Source: Bacteroidota bacterium (GTDB lineage Bacteria; Bacteroidota; Bacteroidia; Flavobacteriales_F; PHOS-HE28). Taken from it: a stretch of DNA of 48,464 nt. The DNA is taken from the NCBI GenBank assembly GCA_023412755.1, contig JAEZCB010000091.1:1-48464 (forward strand), read 5' to 3'. The notes below the pieces were generated by a model that saw only the letters and a program-made list of their open reading frames with translations, did no database searches and was not told where the DNA came from. A program made the position numbers and the translations under genes. Of the stretch, positions 1 through 9,346 are shown one piece after another (the first letter of the stretch is position 1; each line of letters starts with the position of its first letter).

Positions 1-216
1 GTATTGGGACAGGCTATCCGCGGCCTGGGCATGATCGCCCTGCTGGTAAAGTTCCATCGCGCGGACGTAGATCCGGTGATCCTTTGGCGCATCGCGGCCG
101 GTGATCATATCCGGATAAGGTTCGAAGAAGCGATCGCACAGATCACCTTCCGCTTCCTGTACACCACAGCCCACGAAAACCAGAACAAGACAAGACCATA
201 CAAGAGCTATCCTCAT
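1..216 (-). CDS. Lipoprotein with TPR-like helix motif; the 5' part lies in the window and the gene runs off the left edge
   Basis: Absent from the ORF track because no stop lies in the window. My reverse-complement read of 216..1 gives MRIALVWSCLVLVFVGCGVQEAEGDLCDRFFEPYPDMITGRDAPKDHRIYVRAMELYQQGDHAQAADSLSQY. That is a signal peptide with a Cys lipobox (VGC) followed by a TPR-like AMELYQQGDHAQA stretch. The ATG lies 9 nt after the stop of the upstream lepB paralog on the same strand. The + strand ORF 4..219 is its shadow. Confidence 0.55.
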   Translation of the reverse strand, partial: MRIALVWSCLVLVFVGCGVQEAEGDLCDRFFEPYPDMITGRDAPKDHRIYVRAMELYQQGDHAQAADSLSQY

Positions 217-225
217 TGAGCAAAA

Positions 226-1194
226 TTACCGAGACAGGGATCTCCAGTTCCGTCCCTTCCGCAATCCTTGCTCCCCTTTGCTGAAAAGGATCAGCCAGCC
301 ACGCCCCATGAGATGGTCATGCGGCACGAAGCCCCAGTATCTGGAGTCCGCACTGTGGTGACGGCTGTCCCCCAGCATGAAATAGTGATCCTGTTCCACT
401 ACGTAATAGGCCAATGGCTTCCCATCCAGGAGTATATCATTGCCTGAAACACTGAGTGTGTGCCCTTCATACCGGCTTATGAGCCTGTCATAGAGAGGCA
501 GATCGCGCACGCCGATCCGGATGGTATCGCCTTTGGCGGGTATGCGTATCGGGCCATAATCATCGCCATTCCAACGAAAGTCCGGGCTGAATGGAAAGAT
601 GTGTCCAGGTGCGCCGGTCGCCGGTCCCATCGGGGTCGCACTCACCACCTGTGGCCATTGCTCCAGCTCTTCGGCCAGCGAGTCGTTCAATGGCAATTCC
701 AGCATCTGTCGCCCGGGCTGGACCAGGCTTGCAGGCAGGGAAAGTGCAGAAAGGAGACTGTCGGTGACCGTGTGATCCCGTAGATGTATCAGGTGGGCGG
801 AGGTGCCGGTCTCCACGGGTGGGTGGTACACGTCATTCACGAACAGGTCCCCATCGCGGATCTGAAGCACATCACCGGGCATGGCAGCGATCCGTTTCAC
901 CATGAGCGGACGCTCTCCCATGGGCATGCGATCCTTGAGCGGATCACGGAACACGACCACATCGCCCCGCTCTAGTCCTGTCCACACCGGCCAACGTTGC
1001 ACCAGCAGCAGATCACCCGGCAACAGGGTGGCATACATGCTGGTGCTTTGCACGATCACCCATCTCAATACAAGCAGATGGATGATCATGAGAATGCCGA
1101 TGGCGAGGATGAAAGACTTCGCCCATTCGATGGCGTGTTTCCATGGTTCCTGTTCGCCGGCCATCGCAGAGGTGCTCATGAAGTGATCCCGCAT
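226..1194 (-). CDS. lepB: Signal peptidase I (S26 family), second tandem copy
   Basis: Track ORF is 226..1272. I trimmed it to the ATG at 1194 (alternative 1179) so it no longer overlaps the upstream lepB stop at 1209. It has one TM segment (ILAIGILMIIHLLVL) and then the S26 boxes: STSMYATLLPGD (Ser), VVVFRDP, VKRIAAMPGD (Lys), and GDSRHHSADSRYWGFVPHDHLMGRG. Confidence 0.85.
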   Translation of the reverse strand: MRDHFMSTSAMAGEQEPWKHAIEWAKSFILAIGILMIIHLLVLRWVIVQSTSMYATLLPGDLLLVQRWPVWTGLERGDVVVFRDPLKDRMPMGERPLMVKRIAAMPGDVLQIRDGDLFVNDVYHPPVETGTSAHLIHLRDHTVTDSLLSALSLPASLVQPGRQMLELPLNDSLAEELEQWPQVVSATPMGPATGAPGHIFPFSPDFRWNGDDYGPIRIPAKGDTIRIGVRDLPLYDRLISRYEGHTLSVSGNDILLDGKPLAYYVVEQDHYFMLGDSRHHSADSRYWGFVPHDHLMGRGWLILFSKGEQGLRKGRNWRSLSR

Positions 1195-1208
1195 GAGCCG
1201 AGGCGCTT

Positions 1209-2753
1209 CTACTTCACCGTTGAGAACAAACGCTTCCAGCGGATGCCGGTGTATGGATCCTTGGTGAACCATACAAGCACCGCCTTGCCCACCACATGAT
1301 CGTGCGGCACATAACCCCAGAAGCGGCTATCCTGTGAGCGGTGGCGGTTGTCGCCCATCAGCCAATAGTAGTCCTGTTCAAAGGTGTAGCTGGTGGCGAC
1401 TTCTCCGTTGATGATGATGTTGCCGCCATCCACCCGAAGGTCGTTCCCCTCATACAGGCTTATCACCCGTTCGAAGAGCGGCAGGTTCTCCAGTGTCAAC
1501 GAAACCGTGGCCCCGGCCTTTGGGATCCAGATCGGTCCATAGTTGTCCTCGGTCCAATCATAACCATCCACGTTGGGGAAGTACGGGTTCTTGTGGTATG
1601 GATTCTCAAGACCACGCCGATTGTTCTGCCGCTCCATGGTCACCACATTGTTGAAGGAGCTCAGCCGTTCGGCGTTCGCATTGGTCAAAGGCATGCTCAC
1701 CCGCCCATTCTGTGTGACATGCACATCATCCGGGCTTATGTCGAACATCTCCTTCAGGCGGCGTTCGTTGAATGGTTCGCGTACAACGAACTCATACGCA
1801 TATTGCGCTTCCTGTGGCAGGTCTTCGGCCACACTATTCACGTACACCACACCATCGCGCACTTCCAGTGTGTCGCCGGCCACGGCCACGCAACGCTTGA
1901 TATAATTTTCGCGCTTGTCCAGCGGACGCACCAGAATGCCCCCGGTGGGCACCTGCACCACACGGCCATCCACCATGTTCAGCATGCGGTAATTCGGGTC
2001 GTGGATCTTTTCCCGTCCATGGTCCCGCACCAGCTGGTAATAACTCTGGTTCTGGAAATTGGCCACCACCGTATCGCCTTCAGGGAAATTGAACACCACC
2101 GCATCACCGCGCTGTGGCCGCCCGAAACCTGGCAGACGCCGGTAGGGTTGCTGGAACCAGTTCACGAACGAGGGCGTGCTCGCGGTGAAGGGCATGGTGT
2201 GGTGGGTGAAGGGCACCGTTACCGGAGTGATCGGCATACGCGGCCCGTAGCTCAGCTTGCTTACAAAGAGATAATCGCCCACCAGCAGGCTTTTCTCCAT
2301 GGAGGGCGTGGGAATGGTGAACGCCTCGAAGGTGAATGTGCGGAACACCGTGGCCACGATCACGGCGAACAGGATCGCATCGCCCCATTGGCCCAAAAGG
2401 CCGCGCTTGCGTTGTTCCGGTGGAATGGGCCCTACATATTGGCGTTCGGAGAAGACCAGTTGAGGGATCTTCACCCAGGGCAGCAAAACCATCACCACAT
2501 GGTCCTTGAACTGCCTTTCATTGAGAATGATCGAAATGTTCACGTTCATGATGATGAACATCAACAGGTTCACCCCCGGCACCAGGAATAGGAAGACCCA
2601 CCACCACGGTTTACCGCTTATCCGCAGCCATACCACGATGTTGTAGAATGGCACGAAGCCGGCCCATGCGGGTTGCCCGGCCTTCTGGAAGAGTTTCCAC
2701 AGGCAGGCGAAAAGCACCGCGATGTAGGCGAAAAGGAAGATGTATGGGATCAT
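1209..2753 (-). CDS. lepB: Signal peptidase I, long flavobacterial form with an N-terminal two-TM module
   Basis: ATG checked at 2753. S26 boxes present: IPTPSMEKSLLVGD, AVVFNFP, YIKRCVAVAGD, GDNRHRSQDSRFWGYVPHDHVVGKA. The N-terminus (WKLFQKAGQPAWAGFVPFYNIVVWLRISGKPWWWVFLFLVPGVNL) matches the extra membrane module seen on long Bacteroidota LepB (DUF5684-like, from memory). Confidence 0.9.
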   Translation of the reverse strand: MIPYIFLFAYIAVLFACLWKLFQKAGQPAWAGFVPFYNIVVWLRISGKPWWWVFLFLVPGVNLLMFIIMNVNISIILNERQFKDHVVMVLLPWVKIPQLVFSERQYVGPIPPEQRKRGLLGQWGDAILFAVIVATVFRTFTFEAFTIPTPSMEKSLLVGDYLFVSKLSYGPRMPITPVTVPFTHHTMPFTASTPSFVNWFQQPYRRLPGFGRPQRGDAVVFNFPEGDTVVANFQNQSYYQLVRDHGREKIHDPNYRMLNMVDGRVVQVPTGGILVRPLDKRENYIKRCVAVAGDTLEVRDGVVYVNSVAEDLPQEAQYAYEFVVREPFNERRLKEMFDISPDDVHVTQNGRVSMPLTNANAERLSSFNNVVTMERQNNRRGLENPYHKNPYFPNVDGYDWTEDNYGPIWIPKAGATVSLTLENLPLFERVISLYEGNDLRVDGGNIIINGEVATSYTFEQDYYWLMGDNRHRSQDSRFWGYVPHDHVVGKAVLVWFTKDPYTGIRWKRLFSTVK

Positions 2754-2831
2754 GCGTTTCCTATCGGAAGATCGGCCGGTGGTTCCGCCGTTGGCCGCGA
2801 AGGTCGGATGTTCCGGGACAAGACCATGCGA

Positions 2832-3620
2832 TCATGGGCCAAGAACATCATCCATGGTGAAAATGCCTTTGCGGCCGTTGAGCCATTCGGCGCCGAGCAC
2901 GGCCCCCTGTGCGAAGCCGGTGCGATCGAAAGCCTCATGGTTTATCACGATGCGATCTCCACGGCCGGTCCATGTTACCGCATGTTTGCCCGGCACTTCG
3001 CCCACCCGTTCACTGAGGATCGGTATGGGCAGCGATCCTTTGGCCTGTTCAAGCTGCTCCAGAAATAGATCGCCGTGGTTGCGTACGGGGCGGGGCCCGG
3101 TCTCTTTGTCCTGCCACACCAATTCACTGGATGCCACTTGCCAGCCGGTATAACGTTCGGTGCGCAGGTCTATGTCGCGGGCCAGAGTGATCGCTGTTCC
3201 GCTGGGAGCATCGAGCTTGTGCACATGATGGATCTCATCGATGTGCACCGCATAGCCCTGCTGCTTTTCCATCAGGGAGGCCAGCATGCGGTTGATGCGG
3301 AAGAATATGTTCACCCCGATACTGAAGTTGCTGGCCCAAAGGAGCGCACCTTCGTGCTGCTGCACCAATTGCTTCACCTCATTGAGCCTGTCATACCAGC
3401 CCGTGGTGCCCACCACAACGGGCACACCATGCTCCAGACATAGCCGGATGTTCGCGATGGCCTGGTCCGGACGGCTGAATTCTATAGCCGCATCCGCACC
3501 CGCCGGTGGCGACCCCGCATTCTCGGAGCCTACCCGCAGGATGATGTCATGGCCGCGGGCGAGGGCGGCCTGCTCGATGACCCTTCCCATTTTGCCGTAG
3601 CCGTACAATGCGATGCGCAT
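2832..3620 (-). CDS. dapB: 4-hydroxy-tetrahydrodipicolinate reductase
   Basis: ATG checked at 3620. Rossmann start MRIALYGYGKMGR. DapB signature EIHHVHKLDAPSGTAITLA. The dapB-lepB linkage is typical of Bacteroidota. Confidence 0.9.
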   Translation of the reverse strand: MRIALYGYGKMGRVIEQAALARGHDIILRVGSENAGSPPAGADAAIEFSRPDQAIANIRLCLEHGVPVVVGTTGWYDRLNEVKQLVQQHEGALLWASNFSIGVNIFFRINRMLASLMEKQQGYAVHIDEIHHVHKLDAPSGTAITLARDIDLRTERYTGWQVASSELVWQDKETGPRPVRNHGDLFLEQLEQAKGSLPIPILSERVGEVPGKHAVTWTGRGDRIVINHEAFDRTGFAQGAVLGAEWLNGRKGIFTMDDVLGP

Positions 3621-3722
3621 GTGCCGAAGGTAGGCATGGCATCTTCATGTACATGGTCAAGCTATACGGGCGGAAAAGGGGAAGGATGAACGGGTTTTCG
3701 ATCACTTCAGCGCTCCGCAGGG

Positions 3723-4175
3723 CTATTTCCCACGCGTGTGCACGGATAGGGATCCATCGTTCTTCTGTTCCTCCAAAGCGGACCTCCATTCCTGAGGCAC
3801 CGGAACGCTCTTCTGCTGATGGTGATCATAGCATACCAGCACGCTGCGCCCTTCCGCGCAGATCCCGGACAAAGCGTTGGAGCGGATCACCGCATAGCGC
3901 AGGGTGATGCTTTTTTCACCAACGCTTTCGCACCATGTTTCCACGGATATTTCGTCTCCAAGCTCCACCGGCATGCGGTGGTCCACCTCGTTCCTGGCCA
4001 GGATCAGGCCCTTCTCCGCCCAGTCATGGTGGTCAGGCACCATTTTGCGGAACAATGCGATCCGCGCCAGCTCGAACCAATGGAGGTATACGGCATTGTG
4101 CACATGCCGGGCCATATCGATATCAGCGAAACGGATCTGGATGGGTATGGATATCATGCGGTGATCTTCTAGCAT
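3723..4175 (-). CDS. Acyl-CoA thioesterase, hotdog fold (4HBT/YbgC-like)
   Basis: ATG at 4175 (alternative M7 at 4157). The N-terminus IPIQIRFADIDMARHVHNAVYLHWFELARIALF is the characteristic 4HBT-family start. Confidence 0.75.
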   Translation of the reverse strand: MLEDHRMISIPIQIRFADIDMARHVHNAVYLHWFELARIALFRKMVPDHHDWAEKGLILARNEVDHRMPVELGDEISVETWCESVGEKSITLRYAVIRSNALSGICAEGRSVLVCYDHHQQKSVPVPQEWRSALEEQKNDGSLSVHTRGK

Positions 4176-4245
4176 TCATTGTCGCAATGGCCTGGCAATA
4201 ACGCGGGCTAAATACCAGCCCTTCGAACCCTCGGATCCCAATGCC

Positions 4246-4653
4246 TCAAGTGATCGGATTCAGGATCACGCTGAAGACGGTTATGCTATTGGGATCGCGG
4301 TCGTAGAAGAGTTTATCCAGCGCTTCCAGCACATTCTTCGCACGGAAGTATGAGGTCTGCAGAGAGTTGTCACCACGGGCGCTCCACTGTACGGTGTAGC
4401 TGCTTGTACGGTCCTTATAGTTGCGCACATAATCCAGCATTTCCTCCAGGGCATCCACCTTGTCGGTGCCCTCGGTGGCATGAAAGAGAAAACTCTGGTT
4501 GTGGCGCGGATTCAGGGTGATCAGAAAAAGCTTCGTGCGCTTCTCCTTCTTGTCTTGTTCATAGTTGAACACAAGGCTGTCCGGGCCCACGCCGATGTGG
4601 TCGCCGATCTCTTTTTGCAGTCTTGCTAACTCCAGATTCCGGTCCCTTACCAT
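4246..4653 (-). CDS. Hypothetical protein (135 aa), no recognisable domain
   Basis: Clean ATG at 4653. Protein-like composition. It sits 32 nt downstream of the CapD-like gene on the same strand. I recognised no motif. Confidence 0.55.
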   Translation of the reverse strand: MVRDRNLELARLQKEIGDHIGVGPDSLVFNYEQDKKEKRTKLFLITLNPRHNQSFLFHATEGTDKVDALEEMLDYVRNYKDRTSSYTVQWSARGDNSLQTSYFRAKNVLEALDKLFYDRDPNSITVFSVILNPIT

Positions 4654-4685
4654 GTCTAGCGCCTTCAGCGGAAAGGAGGTGATGT

Positions 4686-6578
4686 TCAGACCTTCGCCGA
4701 AGGGGCGTCCAAGTTACTATAGACCGAATTGTGGCTCCGGTATTCAGGCACAAGCCGTTTCATGGACGCCACGAGTGCGGCCTCATCGCCCTGCTCCAAT
4801 CCACCCAACAAATGCTCCACGCGATCTTTCACCTGTTGTGGATCTTCTTCCCGCGTGCGGCCTATGAGTATGCGCGGGTGATGGGTGGGCAGGGTGTTCT
4901 CCGTGGTGGCGAGCAACTCTTCATAGAGTTTTTCGCCGGGCCTCAACCCGGTATATATGATCTCAATGTCATGGCCGGGTTCCAATCCGCTCAGGCGTAT
5001 CATTTTTTCGGCCATGTCCGCTATGCGCACCGGCTCACCCATGTCGAACACATAGATCTCTCCGCCCTGGCCCATGGTGGCGGCCTCCAGCACCAGGCGG
5101 CATGCTTCCGGAATGGTCATGAAGAACCGCGTCACTTCCGGGTGTGTCACCGTCAGCGGTCCCCCTGCAGCGATCTGGCGGCGGAACAGGGGCACCACCG
5201 AGCCACTGGAGCCGAGCACGTTGCCAAAGCGCGTGGTAACGAAGGCGGTGGGGCAGGAGAGGCTGTTCACATACATCTCCGCGATGCGCTTGGAAGCTCC
5301 CATCACGCTGGTGGGATTCACAGCCTTGTCGGTACTGATCAATACGAACCGCTCCACGCCCATTTCACAGGCCAGCTCCGATACCACTTTGGTGCCCATG
5401 ATATTGGTGCGTATCGCCTCTGAAGGTTGCGCTTCCATGAGCGGCACATGCTTGTATGCTGCCGCATGGAACACCACCTGCGGCCGGTGTTCATCAAGGA
5501 TGCGCCGCATGCGTTCGCGATCCCTTACATCACCGATCACCGGGGTTGCTTTCCGGTCCTCTGTACGCAATTCCGTATCCAGATCGTACAATCCTGATTC
5601 TGCCAGGTCCACCAGTACCAGGCCCTGTGGACCCAGCACGGCCAGTTGCCGGACCAACTCACTTCCAATGGATCCAGCCGCCCCCGTGACCAATACACGT
5701 TTTCCTGCGAACCGATCCTTCAATTCCGCCTGTTCAAGGTGAATGACGGAACGGCCCAGAAGATCCTCGATGCGCACTTCCTGGATCTGGCCCGCACTGA
5801 GCTGCCCATTGATCCAGTTGCTTACAGGTGGTATGGTGAGCACACGCACACGCGCCGCCATGCATGCCTCCACCACCCGCCGCCGGTTCTCGGGTATGGG
5901 TTTCGCAATGGCTATGATCACCTGGTCCACATCCTGCTCCGCCAATAGCTTGGGCAACTTATCCACCGTATGGATGGGCGAGCCTTCGAGGATCTTTCCG
6001 GAGCGCCGGAGATCATCATCGGTGAAGGCCACCACGTTGTACTTCACCGATCCCTCCCTTTCCAAGGTGCGCTTGGTTATCAATCCCGCCTCGCCAGCGC
6101 CATGGATGATCACGTTCATGGTGTTCTTGCCAGCACCGCGGGACCGCAGGTAGAGCAATTTGAAAGCGATCCTTACCACTATAAGGAACATCGCCGTGGC
6201 CATGAAATCGATCATGATCACCGCCCGGGGCAAGAAGAACATGCCATCGATGAACTCGCGCCGGATCACACTGGCCACACCGAAAAGCAGTGAGCCGATG
6301 AGCACCGTGATAAAGATCCGGCTCGCGTCGCTGGTGTTGGTATGCCGCACCATGAACCGGTGCGTACCAGCTAGGTAATAGGAACCCAGGCGGATGGCGA
6401 TGAAGATGGGCAGCACGGGCAGCAAGAGGTCCACCTCATAATCCGGCACCTGGAAATTGAAGCGCAGCAGGTAGGCGATGACAAGTGCTGCCAGGGATAG
6501 TCCCAGGTCTATCAACAGCACGCCATAGCGGGGAAAAAGCCTTTGGCCGGTCATCTTTCGCAAAGGTGGGAAGAACAT
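4686..6578 (-). CDS. Membrane-bound polysaccharide biosynthesis protein, CapD/WbpM/PglF-like nucleotide-sugar 4,6-dehydratase
   Basis: Track ORF extends to 6737 but would then overlap the divergent gene. I trimmed it to the ATG at 6578 (alternative ATG 6554, MTGQRLFPRYGVLLIDLG). It has N-terminal TM helices and two Rossmann segments (VIIHGAGEAG; VLVTGAAGSIGSEL), plus RFVLISTDKAVNPTSVMGASKRIAE. Confidence 0.85.
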   Translation of the reverse strand: MFFPPLRKMTGQRLFPRYGVLLIDLGLSLAALVIAYLLRFNFQVPDYEVDLLLPVLPIFIAIRLGSYYLAGTHRFMVRHTNTSDASRIFITVLIGSLLFGVASVIRREFIDGMFFLPRAVIMIDFMATAMFLIVVRIAFKLLYLRSRGAGKNTMNVIIHGAGEAGLITKRTLEREGSVKYNVVAFTDDDLRRSGKILEGSPIHTVDKLPKLLAEQDVDQVIIAIAKPIPENRRRVVEACMAARVRVLTIPPVSNWINGQLSAGQIQEVRIEDLLGRSVIHLEQAELKDRFAGKRVLVTGAAGSIGSELVRQLAVLGPQGLVLVDLAESGLYDLDTELRTEDRKATPVIGDVRDRERMRRILDEHRPQVVFHAAAYKHVPLMEAQPSEAIRTNIMGTKVVSELACEMGVERFVLISTDKAVNPTSVMGASKRIAEMYVNSLSCPTAFVTTRFGNVLGSSGSVVPLFRRQIAAGGPLTVTHPEVTRFFMTIPEACRLVLEAATMGQGGEIYVFDMGEPVRIADMAEKMIRLSGLEPGHDIEIIYTGLRPGEKLYEELLATTENTLPTHHPRILIGRTREEDPQQVKDRVEHLLGGLEQGDEAALVASMKRLVPEYRSHNSVYSNLDAPSAKV

Positions 6579-6645
6579 TACAACAGATGGCCTTCTGCGC
6601 AACGGTGGCGCCGATCTCGCATCTTCGCCCAATAAGCAGTCGAAA

Positions 6646-7638
6646 ATGCCAGTATCATTGGTAACGGGAGGCGCCGGTTTCATGGGCGCACATTTGGTGA
6701 AGGAGTTGCTCGCCATAGGCCACACCGTGGTGGCCATGGACGATCTCAGCGGTGGTTTCCAGGATCAGGTGGATGAGCGTGCCACTTTCGTGCAGGGTTC
6801 GATCAATGACCATGAGCTGGTGGATCGCCTCTTCGAGGAACACCGGTTCACCTATGTATACCATCTGGCCGCTTATGCCGCGGAGGGGCTCAGCCATTTC
6901 ATACGCCGCTTCAACTATCAGAACAACCTGATCGGCAGCATCAATTTGATCAATGCATCCATCCGCCATAAAGTGGAATGCTTCGTCTTCACATCCAGCA
7001 TCGCCGTGTATGGTTCGCAGGTGCCACCCATGCGGGAAGATATGCGGCCCGTGCCGGAGGATCCCTATGGCGTGGCCAAATACGCTGTGGAAATGGACCT
7101 GTATGCGGCCCGGCACATGTTCGGCCTTAATTACGTGATCTTCCGCCCTCACAATGTGTACGGCGAATACCAGAACATCGGTGATAGATACAGGAACGTG
7201 GTGGGCATCTTCATGAACCAGCTCATGCAAGACCAGCCACTCACTGTTTTTGGTGATGGTGAACAACAACGCGCATTCAGCTACATCGGTGACATAGCCC
7301 CGATCATGGCGCGGTGCGTGGAGGTGCCCGCGGCGTATGGTGAGGTCTTCAACATTGGTTCGGACCGGCCGCATACGGTGAATGAGCTTGCCGAAGTGGT
7401 GATGGAGGTGATGGGCATGAAGGGAGAGATCCGCCATCTGGAAGCACGCAACGAGGTGGTGATGGCCTATAGCGATCATTCAAAGGCCGAACGGATATTC
7501 GGCGATCATGCTTCCACGCCCCTGCGTGAAGGACTTGCGCGCATGGCGGCCTGGGCCAAACGCGCGGGTGCCAGAAAGAGCGGCAGTTTCGGGGAGATCG
7601 AGCTAACGGAAGGGCTTCCACCGAGCTGGCGTTCCTAA
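6646..7638 (+). CDS. NAD-dependent epimerase/dehydratase (extended SDR)
   Basis: ATG at 6646. Motifs VTGGAGFMGAHL, YGVAKYAVE (YxxxK) and FRPHNVYG. It is divergent from the CapD-like gene. Confidence 0.85.
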   Translation: MPVSLVTGGAGFMGAHLVKELLAIGHTVVAMDDLSGGFQDQVDERATFVQGSINDHELVDRLFEEHRFTYVYHLAAYAAEGLSHFIRRFNYQNNLIGSINLINASIRHKVECFVFTSSIAVYGSQVPPMREDMRPVPEDPYGVAKYAVEMDLYAARHMFGLNYVIFRPHNVYGEYQNIGDRYRNVVGIFMNQLMQDQPLTVFGDGEQQRAFSYIGDIAPIMARCVEVPAAYGEVFNIGSDRPHTVNELAEVVMEVMGMKGEIRHLEARNEVVMAYSDHSKAERIFGDHASTPLREGLARMAAWAKRAGARKSGSFGEIELTEGLPPSWRS

Positions 7639-7686
7639 GCGGACCGATCGCGGACTTATTTTAGGCGCCACCGCCATTTCCCAAGC

Positions 7687-8772
7687 ATGCCCAAGATCCT
7701 CTTCATCGCCAGCCACCGGTTCGGCAGATCCCCTGGGCAGCGTTTCCGATTCGAGCAGTATTTCAGCCACCTTGAAGAGAATGGGTACACCTGCGAATTG
7801 AGTCCGCTGGTGAATGAGGATGATGATCGCATCCTTTACAAGAAGGGCCACTATTTTGAAAAACTTCGGTTCATCCACAAGTGCTTCAACATCCGCCGCC
7901 GCGATGTGAAGCGCATGAATGAATTCGATATCATCTTCATCTTCCGCGAAGCACTTATGACCCGCAGTACCTGGTTCGAGCGGCAGTTCGCGCAGAGCAG
8001 GGCGAAGATCGTCTTCGATTTCGATGACTCCATCTGGCTGCAGAACGTGAGCGATGCCAACCGCCGTTGGAGTTGGGTGAAGGATCCGAAGAAGACACCC
8101 AAACTCATCCGGCTCTCGGACATGGTCTTCGCCGGGAACGGTTATCTGGCGGATTATGCGCGGAATTTCAATGGTAACGTTAAGGTGGTACCCACCACCA
8201 TCGATACCGAAGAATACCGGCCGGTGGACCTTTCTGCAAGGTCCGGCCCCGTGTGTATTGGCTGGAGCGGCAGCATCACCACCATACAGCACTTCCAATA
8301 TGCCATACCGGCGCTGCGTGCGATCAAGGAAAAGTATGGCGATCGTGTTTCCATACGCGTGATCGGGGACGGGAACTTCGCCGATCCATCACTTGGCATC
8401 ACCGGCATGCCCTGGCGGAAGGAGACCGAATTGGAGGATCTTTCGGCGATCGATATCGGCATTATGCCCTTACCCGATGATGAGTGGGCACGCGGCAAGT
8501 GCGGCCTGAAGGGATTGCAGTACATGGGGCTTGGCATACCACCCATACTATCGCCCGTGGGGGTCAACACCAGGATCATCCACGATGGAAAGAATGGTTT
8601 TCTCGCAGGCGATACCGAAGATTGGGTGGAGAAGATCTCCCACCTGGTGGAGGACCGGGAGGCGCGCGTTCGTATCGGTGCCGCCGCCCGCCGTTCCGTG
8701 GAGGAGCACTGGAGCGTGAGGAGTTGGCGCAACGATTATTTGAAGTCATTCAATGACCTGCTGCGCAGGTGA
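7687..8772 (+). CDS. Glycosyltransferase, GT-B fold (GT4/GT1-like)
   Basis: ATG at 7687. The C-terminal half (GIMPLPDDEWARGKCGLKGLQYMGLGIPPILSPVGVNTRIIHDGKNGFLA) has the usual GT4 nucleotide-sugar binding layout. It follows the epimerase on the same strand. Confidence 0.75.
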   Translation: MPKILFIASHRFGRSPGQRFRFEQYFSHLEENGYTCELSPLVNEDDDRILYKKGHYFEKLRFIHKCFNIRRRDVKRMNEFDIIFIFREALMTRSTWFERQFAQSRAKIVFDFDDSIWLQNVSDANRRWSWVKDPKKTPKLIRLSDMVFAGNGYLADYARNFNGNVKVVPTTIDTEEYRPVDLSARSGPVCIGWSGSITTIQHFQYAIPALRAIKEKYGDRVSIRVIGDGNFADPSLGITGMPWRKETELEDLSAIDIGIMPLPDDEWARGKCGLKGLQYMGLGIPPILSPVGVNTRIIHDGKNGFLAGDTEDWVEKISHLVEDREARVRIGAAARRSVEEHWSVRSWRNDYLKSFNDLLRR

Positions 8773-8799
8773 TGGGATCGTGCGACTTTTATCATTGGC

Positions 8800-9165
8800 A
8801 TGCGCCTCGATAAATTCCTCTGGTGTGTTCGCCTCTTCAAGACCAGGGCCCTGGCCACGGATGCGCTGAAGCGAAACCAGGTGAAGCTCAATGGACGAGA
8901 GGTTAAGCCTTCCGTTGAGGTAAAGCCGGGCGACAGCTTTTCCTTGCGTGTGCCGCCGATCCAGCGGGTGTGGCAGATCCTGGCCCTGCCTTCATCGCGG
9001 GTCGGGGCGAAGCTGGTGCCAGAGTTGATAAAAGAAACCACACCATTCGAGGACCTGGACAGGCTGGAGACAGCCCGCATCGCAAAGGCCCAACACCGCG
9101 ATCCCGGTATGGGCCGGCCAACAAAAAAAGATCGCCGGGATATGGAGCGGTTCCGAGAAGAATGA
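8800..9165 (+). CDS. hslR: Ribosome-associated heat-shock protein Hsp15 (S4 RNA-binding domain)
   Basis: MRLDKFLWCVRLFKTRALA and the C-terminal GRPTKKDRRDMERFR parallel E. coli HslR (RLDKWLWAARFYKTRALA ... GRPDKKERRDLLRFK, recalled from memory). Confidence 0.8.
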   Translation: MRLDKFLWCVRLFKTRALATDALKRNQVKLNGREVKPSVEVKPGDSFSLRVPPIQRVWQILALPSSRVGAKLVPELIKETTPFEDLDRLETARIAKAQHRDPGMGRPTKKDRRDMERFREE

Positions 9166-9346
9166 TCGCTTCGGAACAACGTTGTTTGAAAGATCCATCG
9201 GCCAGACCGCGGAAGATCCCCACGCCTTCCACACCTTTGCATCAGGGTCTTACGATCTTTTGTCGCATGATCTTTGTTAATAGGCGTCCTGTTCGAGGCA
9301 GGGCTTCGTTCAACGCCTGAAGCTTTACACAACACCCCACCACCAC

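Noticed and set aside
1341-2591. Long antisense ORFs opposite real genes. Examples: 1341..2591 (+), 11051..12136 (-), 24107..25036 (-), 26848..28173 (+), 31365..32699 (+), 43211..44710 (-), 9920..10834 (-).
   Set aside because: Each lies fully inside a gene with clear family motifs on the other strand. Their translations are His/Arg/Gly-rich and low in complexity, with no recognisable domains. These are the typical shadow ORFs of GC-rich coding DNA.
4219-4230. GGGTTCGAAGG (minus strand), which resembles a tRNA T-loop.
   Set aside because: The flanking bases do not form a 5-bp T-stem. No acceptor or anticodon arms can be drawn in the 70-bp spacer. I found no tRNA elsewhere in the window either.
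9282-9318. The imperfect hairpin AGGCGT...ACGCCT with inner CCTG/CAGG, upstream of the AsmA gene.
   Set aside because: The stems are short and interrupted, with no U-tract, and the hairpin lies 117 nt from the hslR stop. That is not enough to call a terminator or attenuator.
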